Of a stretch of DNA of 64,000 bases, positions 41,113-50,763 are shown one piece after another; position 1 is the stretch's first letter, and every line of letters starts with the position of its first letter. The stretch lies in assembly GCA_048940925.1 (NCBI GenBank), contig JBHLOC010000017.1:22636-86635 (forward strand). The letters run 5' to 3'. The position numbers were made by a program, and so were the translations under genes. This stretch comes from Promethearchaeota archaeon (GTDB lineage: Archaea > Asgardarchaeota > Lokiarchaeia > Sigyniarchaeales > SOKP01). A model generated the notes under the pieces. That model was not told where the DNA came from and did not search any database. It worked only from the letters and a program-made list of their open reading frames with translations.

Positions 41113-42201
41113 TCACATAGTATGTCTCTCATGTAAATGTTGATAAATGATTACACAAAATAAATAACTTATAATTCCAGTGATAAATCCAAATAAATGA
41201 GAGATATAATTAATATTGGGGTCGATGGTATAGATATAGAAAAAAATGCAAATAGGAATGTATATTATTAACCAATTATATTTTTTCTTTACAATTAAGA
41301 TAATAATAAATGCTCCAGCTAGTCCAAATATAGCTCCTGAGGCACCAGCTGATAATATAGAAGTAGTCAATTGAGAATTTATCAATATGTATCCTATATT
41401 ACCTGTCATACCAGAAATAATATATATTATATAGTATACAGGTTTGGAAAGAACATTATTAACTTCAAAATAGCTACCTACACAACATAAAAAAAAAGTA
41501 TTAATGAATAACGAAAATCTTTCCTTATGCATAAAGATTGCAGTAAATACTCTCCATATTTCGAATTTGTTTAAAATTTTCTGAATGTCTAGAAAAAAGA
41601 AATCTCCTATATGATATATCTCAATGAAAAAAATATAAATTATGATATTTATAAAGCAAGTAAAAAGAGTGAGTTTTATTTCTTTAATTTTTGGTGTATG
41701 AATTTGTCTTCTGTAGGTATCTAGAGCTACATATTCATCATACTTTTCGTTAACAAGATATTTTACAACTAATGGATCATCACCCCACAAATTTTTTAAA
41801 ATTTCGTAAATAAATACCTTTTTTGCGTGGGAATCCCCAACTTCAACTAATTTTCTCAATAGAGGGAATGATATATCATATAGTAGGATATCTGTATCAT
41901 AATTATTTTGTATCCACAATTTTAAAATATTAACAAAAATGTTAAAATAAGCTTTCTTTGAATCTTTTTTATATATATTTTTAGTGGATATACTTTGAGT
42001 ATTTGTTTTCTTTAATTGATTTTTGCTTGCTTTTAATATTTTAGTTATGATAGAATAATCAAATTCTTGAAATCTTTCTCCTTGGATATAAATTAATATT
42101 TTATTCTTTTCTGAAGAAATTGTAATATAATCACTAATTTTAATTTTTGAGTTCATAACAACTTCATAATTTAAATTTACTATTCTATCCAATTTATACA
42201 A
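41113..42201 (-). CDS. Rhomboid intramembrane serine protease with a soluble N-terminal domain
   Basis: WRVFTAIFMH, GASGAIFG (catalytic Ser) and SHLFG (catalytic His). ~170-aa soluble N-terminus. Confidence 0.88.
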   Translation of the reverse strand: MYKLDRIVNLNYEVVMNSKIKISDYITISSEKNKILIYIQGERFQEFDYSIITKILKASKNQLKKTNTQSISTKNIYKKDSKKAYFNIFVNILKLWIQNNYDTDILLYDISFPLLRKLVEVGDSHAKKVFIYEILKNLWGDDPLVVKYLVNEKYDEYVALDTYRRQIHTPKIKEIKLTLFTCFINIIIYIFFIEIYHIGDFFFLDIQKILNKFEIWRVFTAIFMHKERFSLFINTFFLCCVGSYFEVNNVLSKPVYYIIYIISGMTGNIGYILINSQLTTSILSAGASGAIFGLAGAFIIILIVKKKYNWLIIYIPICIFFYIYTIDPNINYISHLFGFITGIISYLFCVIIYQHLHERHTM

Positions 42202-42341
42202 ATTGATAACGTTATTTTATATTTTTCCCTGTTGTCGAATTCTTAAGAGTAAGTTGATAATTGACAACCTATAAGCATAATTATATTAATAATTTTGGCT
42301 TTTGTTTTCTATAATTATAAAAAAAAATGGGATTATTATAA

Positions 42342-44711
42342 ATGTTATATGGGTATTTTGATGATGAAAATAAGGAGTATGTAATTACAAGACCAGACAC
42401 TCCACTTCCATGGATTAATTATTTAAGTAATGGAAAATATTGTGCTATGATTTCTAATACTGGAGGAGGATATAGCTTCTATATAGATCCACGAGATCAA
42501 AGAATTCTTCGATACAGATATAACAATTTACCATTAGATAGACCAGGAAGATATATTTATATTAGAGACAATCAAACTTTACAATATTGGTCTCCAACTT
42601 GGCAACCTGTAGGTAAAAAACTTGAAAATTATAAGTGTAGACACGGTTTAGGATATACCATAATTAGTTCATTATATCAAGGAGTTCATGCTGAACTTTT
42701 ATACTTTGTTCCAATGACAGAAAATTTAGAGATTTGGGTTTTAACTCTCCAAAATAACTCATCTATAAAGAAAGAATTAAGTATTTTTTCATATGCGGAA
42801 TTTTGTCTCTGGAATGCTATATCAGATCAAAGAGATCTTCAATATATTCAAAATGTTGCAGTAGCAAAATATGATGAGACAGAAAATATTATTTTTTATC
42901 ATTTTTTTGATCAAACCTCGCTCATTGCCTTTTTTAGCTCAAATATTAATATTGAAGGTTATGATTGTGATCGTGAATCATTTATAGGTCGGTATCGTTC
43001 TGAAAAAAATCCAATATGTGTTGAAAATGGTAAATGTACAAATTCTGAAGCTCTCGGGGGTAATCCTGTTGCCTCAACTTTTAACATAATGACATTAGAA
43101 CCTCATGAAATTAAAAAAATTGTATTTATGTTAGGCATTGTTGAAAAAAAGTCTCAAATAAAACCATTAAATGAGAAGTATAAGGAATTTAACAATGTTC
43201 AGATTGAATTTTTAAAATTAAAAGAAAATTGGGATAATTATCTTGAAAAGTTTATTGTTGATACTCCTGATAAAAATTTTAATTCTATCATTAATGTTTG
43301 GAATCCTTATCAATGTAAAACTACTTTTGATTGGTCTCGTTATGTCTCTTTTTACGAGACAGGTATTGGTAGAGGTATAGGTTTTCGCGATAGCAATCAA
43401 GATACTCTAGCTGTTTGTCATGTTCTTCCTAAGAATGTTCGTAATCGGTTACTAGAACTTGCAAAAATTCAATTTGAAAATGGAAAAGTATATCATCTTT
43501 ATTTCCCTCTTACTGGTATGGGTGGCTATCCTGATTATGTTAATCCACTTATGAAATTCTTTGGCGATGATCATCTATGGATGATATTTGCTGTTAGTAA
43601 TTATTTAAAAGAAACAGGAGATATGTCAATTTTGGAAGAAAATGTAGATTTTGTTGAGGGATCTAAAGAAAGTTTATATGAACATCTTAAACGAGCAATT
43701 AAATTCACAAATAATCACATGGGTCCTCACGGATTCCCATTAATAGGTACTGCTGATTGGAATGATACACTTCAGTTACATGGCCCAAATAAAAATGGTG
43801 AAAGTGTTATGGTTGCTATGCAACTACATAAAGCATTATTAGATATGAGTGAAATTGCGTATGAATTCGATGTAAAGAATAATTCTACTAAATTCAATAA
43901 TATGGCAAAAATGGTAAAGGAGCATATAAATAAATATGCATGGGACGGTCAATGGTATATTCGTGCTTTTACTGATGATGGGGAAGTTATAGGGAGTCAA
44001 AAAAATAAAGAAGGGAAAATTTTCCTAAATACTCAATCTTGGGCAGTTGTTAGTAAAGTTGCTCCTATAGATAGAGCATTTCAAAGTATGAATTCTGTTA
44101 AGGAACATCTTGTCACTGATTATGGAATCAAATTATTAAATCCACCTTACACACGCTATTATCCTGAATTAAAAGGAATAAGTACTTTTCCACCTGGTCT
44201 TAAAGAAAATGCTTCAATCTTTTGTCATTCTAATCCTTGGGCAGAGATTGCTGAATGTATCTTAGGACGAGGTGATATCGCCTATAATTATTTTAAAAAA
44301 ATTGCATTGACCACCAAAAATGAAATCGCTGAAATACATCAAACTGAACCATATATCTTTTCTCAAATGATTACAGGCAATGATCATCCAAAATTCGGAG
44401 CTGCAAAAAACTCATGGCTTACAGGAACAGCATCGTGGACATTGAAAGCTGCAACAGATTGGATCCTTGGGATACGACCAGAATTTCATGGTTTAAAAAT
44501 AGATCCTTGTATTCCAAAAATATGGACTAAATTCAAAGTTATTCGATACTATAGGAATGCAATTTATGATATTACCGTTCAAAATCCAGAACACTTATCA
44601 AAAGGAAATGCAAGAATAAGAGTAGATAATATTAAGCAGGAAAAAAATCGTGTACCTATTTTCAAAGATGGCAGAAAACATATTGTTAAGGCAAAAATTG
44701 AGTTAGAATAG
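42342..44711 (+). CDS. GH94 glycoside phosphorylase (cellodextrin/chitobiose-phosphorylase-like; specificity unresolved)
   Basis: GH94 N-terminus, GIGFRDSNQD, DDHLW, ADWNDTLQL, KENASIFCH and KNSWLTG. Lacks the CBP-type LNCFS loop. Confidence 0.9.
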   Translation: MLYGYFDDENKEYVITRPDTPLPWINYLSNGKYCAMISNTGGGYSFYIDPRDQRILRYRYNNLPLDRPGRYIYIRDNQTLQYWSPTWQPVGKKLENYKCRHGLGYTIISSLYQGVHAELLYFVPMTENLEIWVLTLQNNSSIKKELSIFSYAEFCLWNAISDQRDLQYIQNVAVAKYDETENIIFYHFFDQTSLIAFFSSNINIEGYDCDRESFIGRYRSEKNPICVENGKCTNSEALGGNPVASTFNIMTLEPHEIKKIVFMLGIVEKKSQIKPLNEKYKEFNNVQIEFLKLKENWDNYLEKFIVDTPDKNFNSIINVWNPYQCKTTFDWSRYVSFYETGIGRGIGFRDSNQDTLAVCHVLPKNVRNRLLELAKIQFENGKVYHLYFPLTGMGGYPDYVNPLMKFFGDDHLWMIFAVSNYLKETGDMSILEENVDFVEGSKESLYEHLKRAIKFTNNHMGPHGFPLIGTADWNDTLQLHGPNKNGESVMVAMQLHKALLDMSEIAYEFDVKNNSTKFNNMAKMVKEHINKYAWDGQWYIRAFTDDGEVIGSQKNKEGKIFLNTQSWAVVSKVAPIDRAFQSMNSVKEHLVTDYGIKLLNPPYTRYYPELKGISTFPPGLKENASIFCHSNPWAEIAECILGRGDIAYNYFKKIALTTKNEIAEIHQTEPYIFSQMITGNDHPKFGAAKNSWLTGTASWTLKAATDWILGIRPEFHGLKIDPCIPKIWTKFKVIRYYRNAIYDITVQNPEHLSKGNARIRVDNIKQEKNRVPIFKDGRKHIVKAKIELE

Positions 44712-44715
44712 TCTC

Positions 44716-44879
44716 TGCTCAATTAATGTGGACATTTATCACTATCTTGAGGGTGGTAAAAATAAATTGGAGATTATGTGCGAGACAAACGACTCGATAA
44801 AGAAAAACAAAAATTTACTACTTGTATAAAATGCAGAAAACCTGCTGAATATATTGTATATATAGCTAAAAGTTATTAG
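44716..44879 (+). pseudogene. proS: Degenerate duplicate of the proS 3' end
   Basis: Reads CSINVDIYHYLEGGK[-1 nt, stop]IGDYVRDKRLDKEKQKFTTCIKCRKPAEYIVYIAKSY*, against proS CSIDMDAYHCAEVVEKEIGGFVRGKRVDEEKHEFATCLICGKPASCTVYIAKSY*. About 70% nt identity by manual alignment. Confidence 0.9.
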
Positions 44880-44979
44880 AAATAGTTTACATATTTAAAC
44901 CTTAATATAATAGGAGCTCTTAATTATTTATAATAACAATTATTTTATGTATTCAATCAATTTATCACTGTGATTTTGT

Positions 44980-45156
44980 ATGACGGATAAAGATGCTGTT
45001 TTGAAGGTTTTTGAGGATTCTAATAAACCTCTTCGTCCAGGAGATATAGCAAAGGAACTAGGGATTGAGTCTAAAGAAGTATCTAAATATATAAAGGAAT
45101 TAAGAGAAGAAGGAAAAGCATACTCACCTAAACGATGCTATTATGCCTCAAAATAA
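44980..45156 (+). CDS. 58-aa winged-HTH protein (not in ORF track)
   Basis: MTDKDAVLKVFEDSNKPLRPGDIAKELGIESKEVSKYIKELREEGKAYSPKRCYYASK, with a TGTGAT RBS. Confidence 0.85.
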   Translation: MTDKDAVLKVFEDSNKPLRPGDIAKELGIESKEVSKYIKELREEGKAYSPKRCYYASK

Positions 45157-45259
45157 ACAATTAGAAATGTTCAATTAACATTTCAACATTTTCTTTTTTG
45201 CAAACTTAACAAAACATTCTATAATTTTTTCAACAAAAAAAAAAGAAAAATAAAAAAAA

Positions 45260-45424
45260 CTAATGAACGTAGTTTAGTGGTGCTTTTGATTTTTGTTCTT
45301 CCTTTACAAATTTAGTTTCAACATTTATATAGCCACAATCTAAGCATTTTACAGTTATAGGTGGAAAATAATTTACCATTTTAGGTTTTTTCTTGGAAGA
45401 ACATTTGGGGCAACTATAATACAT
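45260..45424 (-). CDS. 54-aa Zn-ribbon protein (not in ORF track)
   Basis: MYYSCPKCSSKKKPKMVNYFPPITVKCLDCGYINVETKFVKEEQKSKAPLNYVH, with a strong GGAGGGGG RBS. Confidence 0.8.
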   Translation of the reverse strand: MYYSCPKCSSKKKPKMVNYFPPITVKCLDCGYINVETKFVKEEQKSKAPLNYVH

Positions 45425-45667
45425 TTTTTGTAACCCCCTCCAATTGTTATTTTTCTTGTTAAACCCACCAATGATTTAATATGGGGTAATTTTTCTTGAT
45501 ATTGTGTTTTTAAGTATCAATAAAAACTCCAATAATTTACCCAATTATATTTACACCTCATAAAACTTATAAGATGCTATTTTCTGTGTTGTAAATTATA
45601 TCTAATCCGAAAATTTAAGATATTTAAAATCTTTAAATTTCTAAAAATATTAAATTGAGACTTATCA

Positions 45668-46567
45668 ATGAACAATTTTGTCCAACCCCTTTCCGATGAG
45701 TTTAAGAGTATTTTTTTTATCGAAGGGGAACAAAATGCTAGATATCCTTATTCTCATTCATTTTTGATTGAGAATTATTTAATCGATACTGGCATTTCAA
45801 ATAAGAGAATAGAAAAATTAAAGAGATTATTTCCAATTAATTATGTTTTATTAAGCCATTGGCATGAAGACCACATATCTGGTAACAATTTGTTAAAAGA
45901 TGCAGAATTTTATTGTCATAAAGATGATAGACCAGCAATTGAAGATATAGAGAAGATGTTTCCTTATTATTATGTAAATAATACACCAGTTGAGGATGAA
46001 TTTAGGATGCTACTTGAATTTATTGGCGTTAAGAATACTTCAATTGATAAAACTTTTGAGGATAATGACATCATTAACATCGGAGAACATTTGAAGTTAA
46101 AAATTATTTATACACCAGGTCATACAGCAGGACATTGTAGTTTTTATGAAATAGAATCTAAAATAGCATTCTTTGGGGATATTGATCTTACAAAGTTTCC
46201 ATATTATGCAAATTTAGACTCAAATTTAATTGATTTAGAGAATTCTATTGAAAAATTAAAAAATTATGATATTAACATTGCCATAACAGGACATAGAGCT
46301 CTGATTGAGGGATCCCACTACATAAAAGAGGAGTTAGATAAATATAAGTCAGTAATTCTTAAAAGAGATGAAAGGATCTTAGAGAATTTTTCTGAGAAGA
46401 CATCTATCCAGCCAATAGATTTGAAAAAGAAAAATTTAATTTATAAAAAATATAACTATGAGAATTTTGAAGTAATTTCTGAATTAGTAATGATAAAGAA
46501 GCATTTTGATAAATTTGTTGCTAATGGTTTAATTGAACCTGAAGAAAACGGTTTTGTTTTGAGTTGA
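45668..46567 (+). CDS. Metallo-beta-lactamase-fold hydrolase
   Basis: IDTG, SHWHEDH, TPGHTAGH, GD and TGH. Confidence 0.9.
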   Translation: MNNFVQPLSDEFKSIFFIEGEQNARYPYSHSFLIENYLIDTGISNKRIEKLKRLFPINYVLLSHWHEDHISGNNLLKDAEFYCHKDDRPAIEDIEKMFPYYYVNNTPVEDEFRMLLEFIGVKNTSIDKTFEDNDIINIGEHLKLKIIYTPGHTAGHCSFYEIESKIAFFGDIDLTKFPYYANLDSNLIDLENSIEKLKNYDINIAITGHRALIEGSHYIKEELDKYKSVILKRDERILENFSEKTSIQPIDLKKKNLIYKKYNYENFEVISELVMIKKHFDKFVANGLIEPEENGFVLS

Positions 46568-46613
46568 TTGTAATCTTTTGTTTTTAAAAATATTATTCGA
46601 TAAGATATAAAAG

Positions 46614-48074
46614 ATGATGAGATTAATGAGTTCTAAAAATTTAAGTTCGTTGAAGTATCTATTCTATCCGCAAAATGTCGCTATTTTCGGAGCCAGTGAA
46701 AAGTTATGGTATATGGTTAAAGGATTTGAAGAACATGGCTTTGAAAAAAATAAGCTCTATTTTATTAATCCTAATAAAGATGAACTTTTCGGTCGGAAAT
46801 GTTATAAATCAATAAAAGAAATTCCAGAAGAAACAATAGATCTTTTGATATTAGCGGTAAGGAGAGACATATTAGTTCAAAATCTAAAAGAATTGATAAA
46901 GCAGAAAGATATTAAAACAATTCATATATTTACAGCAGGCACTGGCGAATCAGATGAAAAAGGGATAGCAGTGGAAAATGAGCTATTTTCTATATTTAAT
47001 AATGAAAACCGTAGTACGCGAGCAATTGGACCAAATTGCATGGGAGTATACTCTGTTAAAGGTCATTTGGCTTACGAACCTTTCTTACCAACTGAACCAG
47101 GAAATATATCCCTAGTCTTTCAATCTGGAGATTTACATTCCCAGACGATTAGGATTGGTGCAAGGCGACATAATTTAAAGTACTCTAAGGGAGTAAGCAT
47201 AGGAAATTGTATAGACCTTCAAATCTCTGATTTTTTACAGTATTACAACGATGATGATGATACGGATTTGATTATGGTGTATTTTGAGGGGATTAATGCA
47301 CATTATCCTTCTGAAGGTAAAAATTTGTTAAAATCGTTAAGATCCATGAAAAAACCGATATTATTTTTGCACGGAGGTAAGACTTCAAGAGCTCAAAAAG
47401 CAGCTTTAACTCACACTGGTTCAATTAGTACAAATCGAAAGATTTGGAATGCTATTTATAAGCAAACTCCGATTGTTGAAGTTCCTACTTCAATTGATGA
47501 TATGATAGATTATGCTTTTATTTTTAATAAAGTAATAAATAGATATAAGAATAAAAACAGAATAATTTATCCTAAGGGAAAGAATGTTTTATTAATACTA
47601 TGGTCTGGAGGATTTGGAATAATTGATACAAATACATTAGCAGAATTAGGTTTGAATATTCCATATTTTGAAGGAGAAACCTTAGAAAAATTAAGAGAAA
47701 TATATCCTATTAAAATAGGTAGTCTTTCCAATCCTCTAGACATCCCCTGGGTCTCCTCTTCTGAGACATATCTAAAAATTGCTAAAGTAGCAAGCTCAGA
47801 AGATATTGATCTTGTTATTATTGAGACTGATAAGTGGGAAGAGGAACCAAATTTTGAGAGTTATTATAATAATTTATTGGCTATAAGGGAACATGTAGAA
47901 TCTTTAAATAAAATTTTCATGTTAATATTACCTGAATATCCAGCTAGACACAGATATAAATATTATAAAAAGCTAATTGATGATGATTTCATTGTATACC
48001 CGTCTGTCCATAGAGCTGGGAAAGCATTTTTAGCGCTATACAATTACGGTAAAAAAATTGAAAATTTAAAATAG
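46614..48074 (+). CDS. Acyl-CoA synthetase (NDP-forming) alpha-subunit-like CoA-binding protein
   Basis: VAIFGAS, IGPNCMG, QSG, SIGN, THTGS (phospho-His) and SNPLD. Confidence 0.85.
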   Translation: MMRLMSSKNLSSLKYLFYPQNVAIFGASEKLWYMVKGFEEHGFEKNKLYFINPNKDELFGRKCYKSIKEIPEETIDLLILAVRRDILVQNLKELIKQKDIKTIHIFTAGTGESDEKGIAVENELFSIFNNENRSTRAIGPNCMGVYSVKGHLAYEPFLPTEPGNISLVFQSGDLHSQTIRIGARRHNLKYSKGVSIGNCIDLQISDFLQYYNDDDDTDLIMVYFEGINAHYPSEGKNLLKSLRSMKKPILFLHGGKTSRAQKAALTHTGSISTNRKIWNAIYKQTPIVEVPTSIDDMIDYAFIFNKVINRYKNKNRIIYPKGKNVLLILWSGGFGIIDTNTLAELGLNIPYFEGETLEKLREIYPIKIGSLSNPLDIPWVSSSETYLKIAKVASSEDIDLVIIETDKWEEEPNFESYYNNLLAIREHVESLNKIFMLILPEYPARHRYKYYKKLIDDDFIVYPSVHRAGKAFLALYNYGKKIENLK

Positions 48075-48132
48075 GTTTTTATTAAAATGAAAATATTATA
48101 AAGTTTAATTTTAACTTTATATTTTTATCTTC

Positions 48133-49428
48133 ATGGAACGAGACGAACCACTCTTATTTAGGAGATTTCCTGATTTAAAAAAGAAAGTTCCATGGATCCC
48201 AATTCTTACAAATGTACCTACTTCTATTGAAAGACTTAAAGAGTTAGAAAATAATTTTGGCTTAAATGAGGGAGAAATATATATCAAGCGAGATGATAAA
48301 AATCATCATATCTATGGAGGAAACAAATATAGGAAATTTGAATTTATTTTTGGAGACGTAATACAAAAGAAAAAAAAAGGTATTGTGACAGTAGGAGGGA
48401 TAGGTACTAATCATGGAATAGCTTGTACCATTTTATGTAAAATATTAGATCCCCCTTTAAAATGTGAAATGTATTTGTATCCCCAACCAATTACATGGCA
48501 TGTGCAACGCACATTATTATTGGATGATTATTTTGGTGCAAAGCTTCATTTTATAAAAGGGGATATAAGGGCATTTATTAAAGCTTTATTCTTACAAATT
48601 AGGCATCCAAAATATTATTTTATAATGCCTGGTGGAAGTCTTTTATTTGGTATTGGAAGCCCTTTGGGAGCAGTAGGATTTATTGATGCTATTTTTGAAT
48701 TAAAAGAACAAATAGAAAATGGTGAGATTCCAGAACCAGATGCTCTTTTTGTAGCTGGAGGATCAACAGGAACAGCTGCTGGTTTAGTTGCAGGATGTAA
48801 ACTGTTAAATTTAAAAACTAAAATAATTATTGTCGCTGTTTATGAATATTTTGTTTCGAATCCATCATCGGTTATAAAAAATGCGAATAAAGCTCTAAAA
48901 TATTTATATAAGCGAGATAAAAGCATTTCTAAAATTAGAGTCACTGAAAATGATTTTGAATTTGTAAAAGGATATTTAGGATCAAGGTATGGAATAAAAA
49001 CTGAAAGAGGACAAAAAGCAGTTGATATTGTGAATGAATTAGAAGGAAAAAATAAAGATTTCATGTTAGAAACAACATATACAGGTAAAACGATGGCAGC
49101 GATGTTCGAATACCTTAAAAAAGATGAAAATAAAAATAAAAAAGTGCTGTTTTGGAATACGTATAATTCAAACGATCTAGATAAACATCTTAAGGAGATA
49201 GGTAATAACTATAAAAAACTTCCTAAAAAATTCCATAAATTTTTTGAAAACAAAACTTTTCAATGTTGGCAGATTACAAACTGCCCTGAAAAAATTAGAA
49301 ATAATTGTCCTGCTTACTTTAACCATGAATATAGATTTTGGAAAGTTACTGATTGTTTACTTGAAGAAGAAAAGAAAATTAAGGCATTTGAAGAATTAAA
49401 TACATTAATAAAATTAGAAGATGCATAA
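48133..49428 (+). CDS. D-cysteine desulfhydrase/ACC deaminase family PLP enzyme with a Cys/Trp-rich C-terminal extension
   Basis: IKRDD, GGNKYRK, GSTGTAAGL and ETTYTGK. Tail CWQITNC...CPAY...FWKVTDC. Confidence 0.85.
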   Translation: MERDEPLLFRRFPDLKKKVPWIPILTNVPTSIERLKELENNFGLNEGEIYIKRDDKNHHIYGGNKYRKFEFIFGDVIQKKKKGIVTVGGIGTNHGIACTILCKILDPPLKCEMYLYPQPITWHVQRTLLLDDYFGAKLHFIKGDIRAFIKALFLQIRHPKYYFIMPGGSLLFGIGSPLGAVGFIDAIFELKEQIENGEIPEPDALFVAGGSTGTAAGLVAGCKLLNLKTKIIIVAVYEYFVSNPSSVIKNANKALKYLYKRDKSISKIRVTENDFEFVKGYLGSRYGIKTERGQKAVDIVNELEGKNKDFMLETTYTGKTMAAMFEYLKKDENKNKKVLFWNTYNSNDLDKHLKEIGNNYKKLPKKFHKFFENKTFQCWQITNCPEKIRNNCPAYFNHEYRFWKVTDCLLEEEKKIKAFEELNTLIKLEDA

Positions 49429-49439
49429 TATTTCTTATA

Positions 49440-50429
49440 TTATATTATCTTTAAACGTTGTAATAAACCTGTAATTAAAATAGGTAATGCTATTGTTGCA
49501 TCACACCATACAGAAACATGTTTTGAATCTAGAGTATATTTTCCCCACGATTTAGCTTCTGATACTGTACTTCCTGAGAGACCTCCATCATACTCTGTAG
49601 CTGTGTGTATGCGAACTGAATAGTTGTATCCCATTCTTTCAATTTTGTCCATTTCATCAAGCATTGGAAAGATTTGCTGAGCCCAATTTCGCGGTACACC
49701 CCCTCCTATTATCAATGTGCCATATTCTTTTGACTTTCTTATTATATCTGCAAATTTTTTTACATCTTCTAAGATATCAAATTGAAAATCATAACCTTCA
49801 TAATAATTGTATTTTAATAGCTTTAACGATAATTCAGAGTCAGAGAAAGCAGGTATAAAAATTGGGATATCTTTTTCAGCAGCCATCGATAAAATAGACC
49901 GTTGTTTAATTTTGCTCCCGATTTGTTTTAAAAAATCTGATGGTGTTGTATGGATACTTTTTGTATCATAAATAGATTGAATTATTTCGAATAATTTCTT
50001 ATCAGCAGTTGAATAACTATCTTCTGGGAGGAAAATGTCATAAATTCGATTTATTCGAAATTTAAATAATTCATCATCGTTAACATTAGGACTTCCAACA
50101 AAATGACCTCCATTACAACTAGCATCTACTAAATCATGTATAATATTAGCACCTGTACTTATTAAAATATCAATTAATCTTTTTTCCATTAAAGTCGTAA
50201 TTATCTCACCCATTCCTGCGGGAACTAATGCTCCAGAAATTGTTAAAACAGTTAATATATTTTTATCACTCATCATTTTTTCTAAGATATCAAGAGCTAT
50301 ACCAAGATTTTTTCCTTGGAATCCACAATATTTAAGAGCTATTAACAGATCATTAACATTTTTCACTTTTTTAGTATCGAAAGGTGATACTTTTTTTATT
50401 AAATAATGTTCTTTTTGATGGGAATTCAT
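49440..50429 (-). CDS. dys: Deoxyhypusine synthase family protein
   Basis: SGALVPAG, STGAN..HD, PAFSDS, GGGVPRN, GGLSGS..SEAKSWGK and DATIALP. Confidence 0.9.
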   Translation of the reverse strand: MNSHQKEHYLIKKVSPFDTKKVKNVNDLLIALKYCGFQGKNLGIALDILEKMMSDKNILTVLTISGALVPAGMGEIITTLMEKRLIDILISTGANIIHDLVDASCNGGHFVGSPNVNDDELFKFRINRIYDIFLPEDSYSTADKKLFEIIQSIYDTKSIHTTPSDFLKQIGSKIKQRSILSMAAEKDIPIFIPAFSDSELSLKLLKYNYYEGYDFQFDILEDVKKFADIIRKSKEYGTLIIGGGVPRNWAQQIFPMLDEMDKIERMGYNYSVRIHTATEYDGGLSGSTVSEAKSWGKYTLDSKHVSVWCDATIALPILITGLLQRLKII

Positions 50430-50763
50430 AAATAAAATTTAATGCTTTATGAATTTTAAAATAATCTATTTTAATTTTTTTAAAAAGATTTTAAATTATG
50501 GTACTTTATCTGGGTCATTGGTTTAGATGATATACTTTTGGGTGAAAACGCTAAATTATTTTTTATTTTATTGATTTAGTTCTCCATAATATTCCTATTT
50601 AATATATAGTGGAAATAAAATAATAATTTTAATTAAAATATTAAAACTAAGCGATTTATATCCTAAAAATACTGATTTGGTCTTTTATTTTTGAATAAAT
50701 TTAAATATTTTCTTTTATACTAAATTCTTAATCAAAAAGTATCAAAAAAATTAAAATTAAGCA

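Larger units (their letters stand above)
26828..44879. mobile_element. Putative genomic island (carbohydrate utilisation) inserted at the proS 3' end
   Basis: Bounded by the intact proS 3' end (26663-26827) and a diverged direct copy (44716-44879). The cargo is functionally coherent. No integrase was seen. Confidence 0.65.

Noticed and set aside
29450-42430. Near-identical DNA at the 5' ends of the two GH94 genes, in inverted orientation
   Set aside because: Explained by the conserved GH94 N-terminal peptide. These are not terminal inverted repeats of a transposon.
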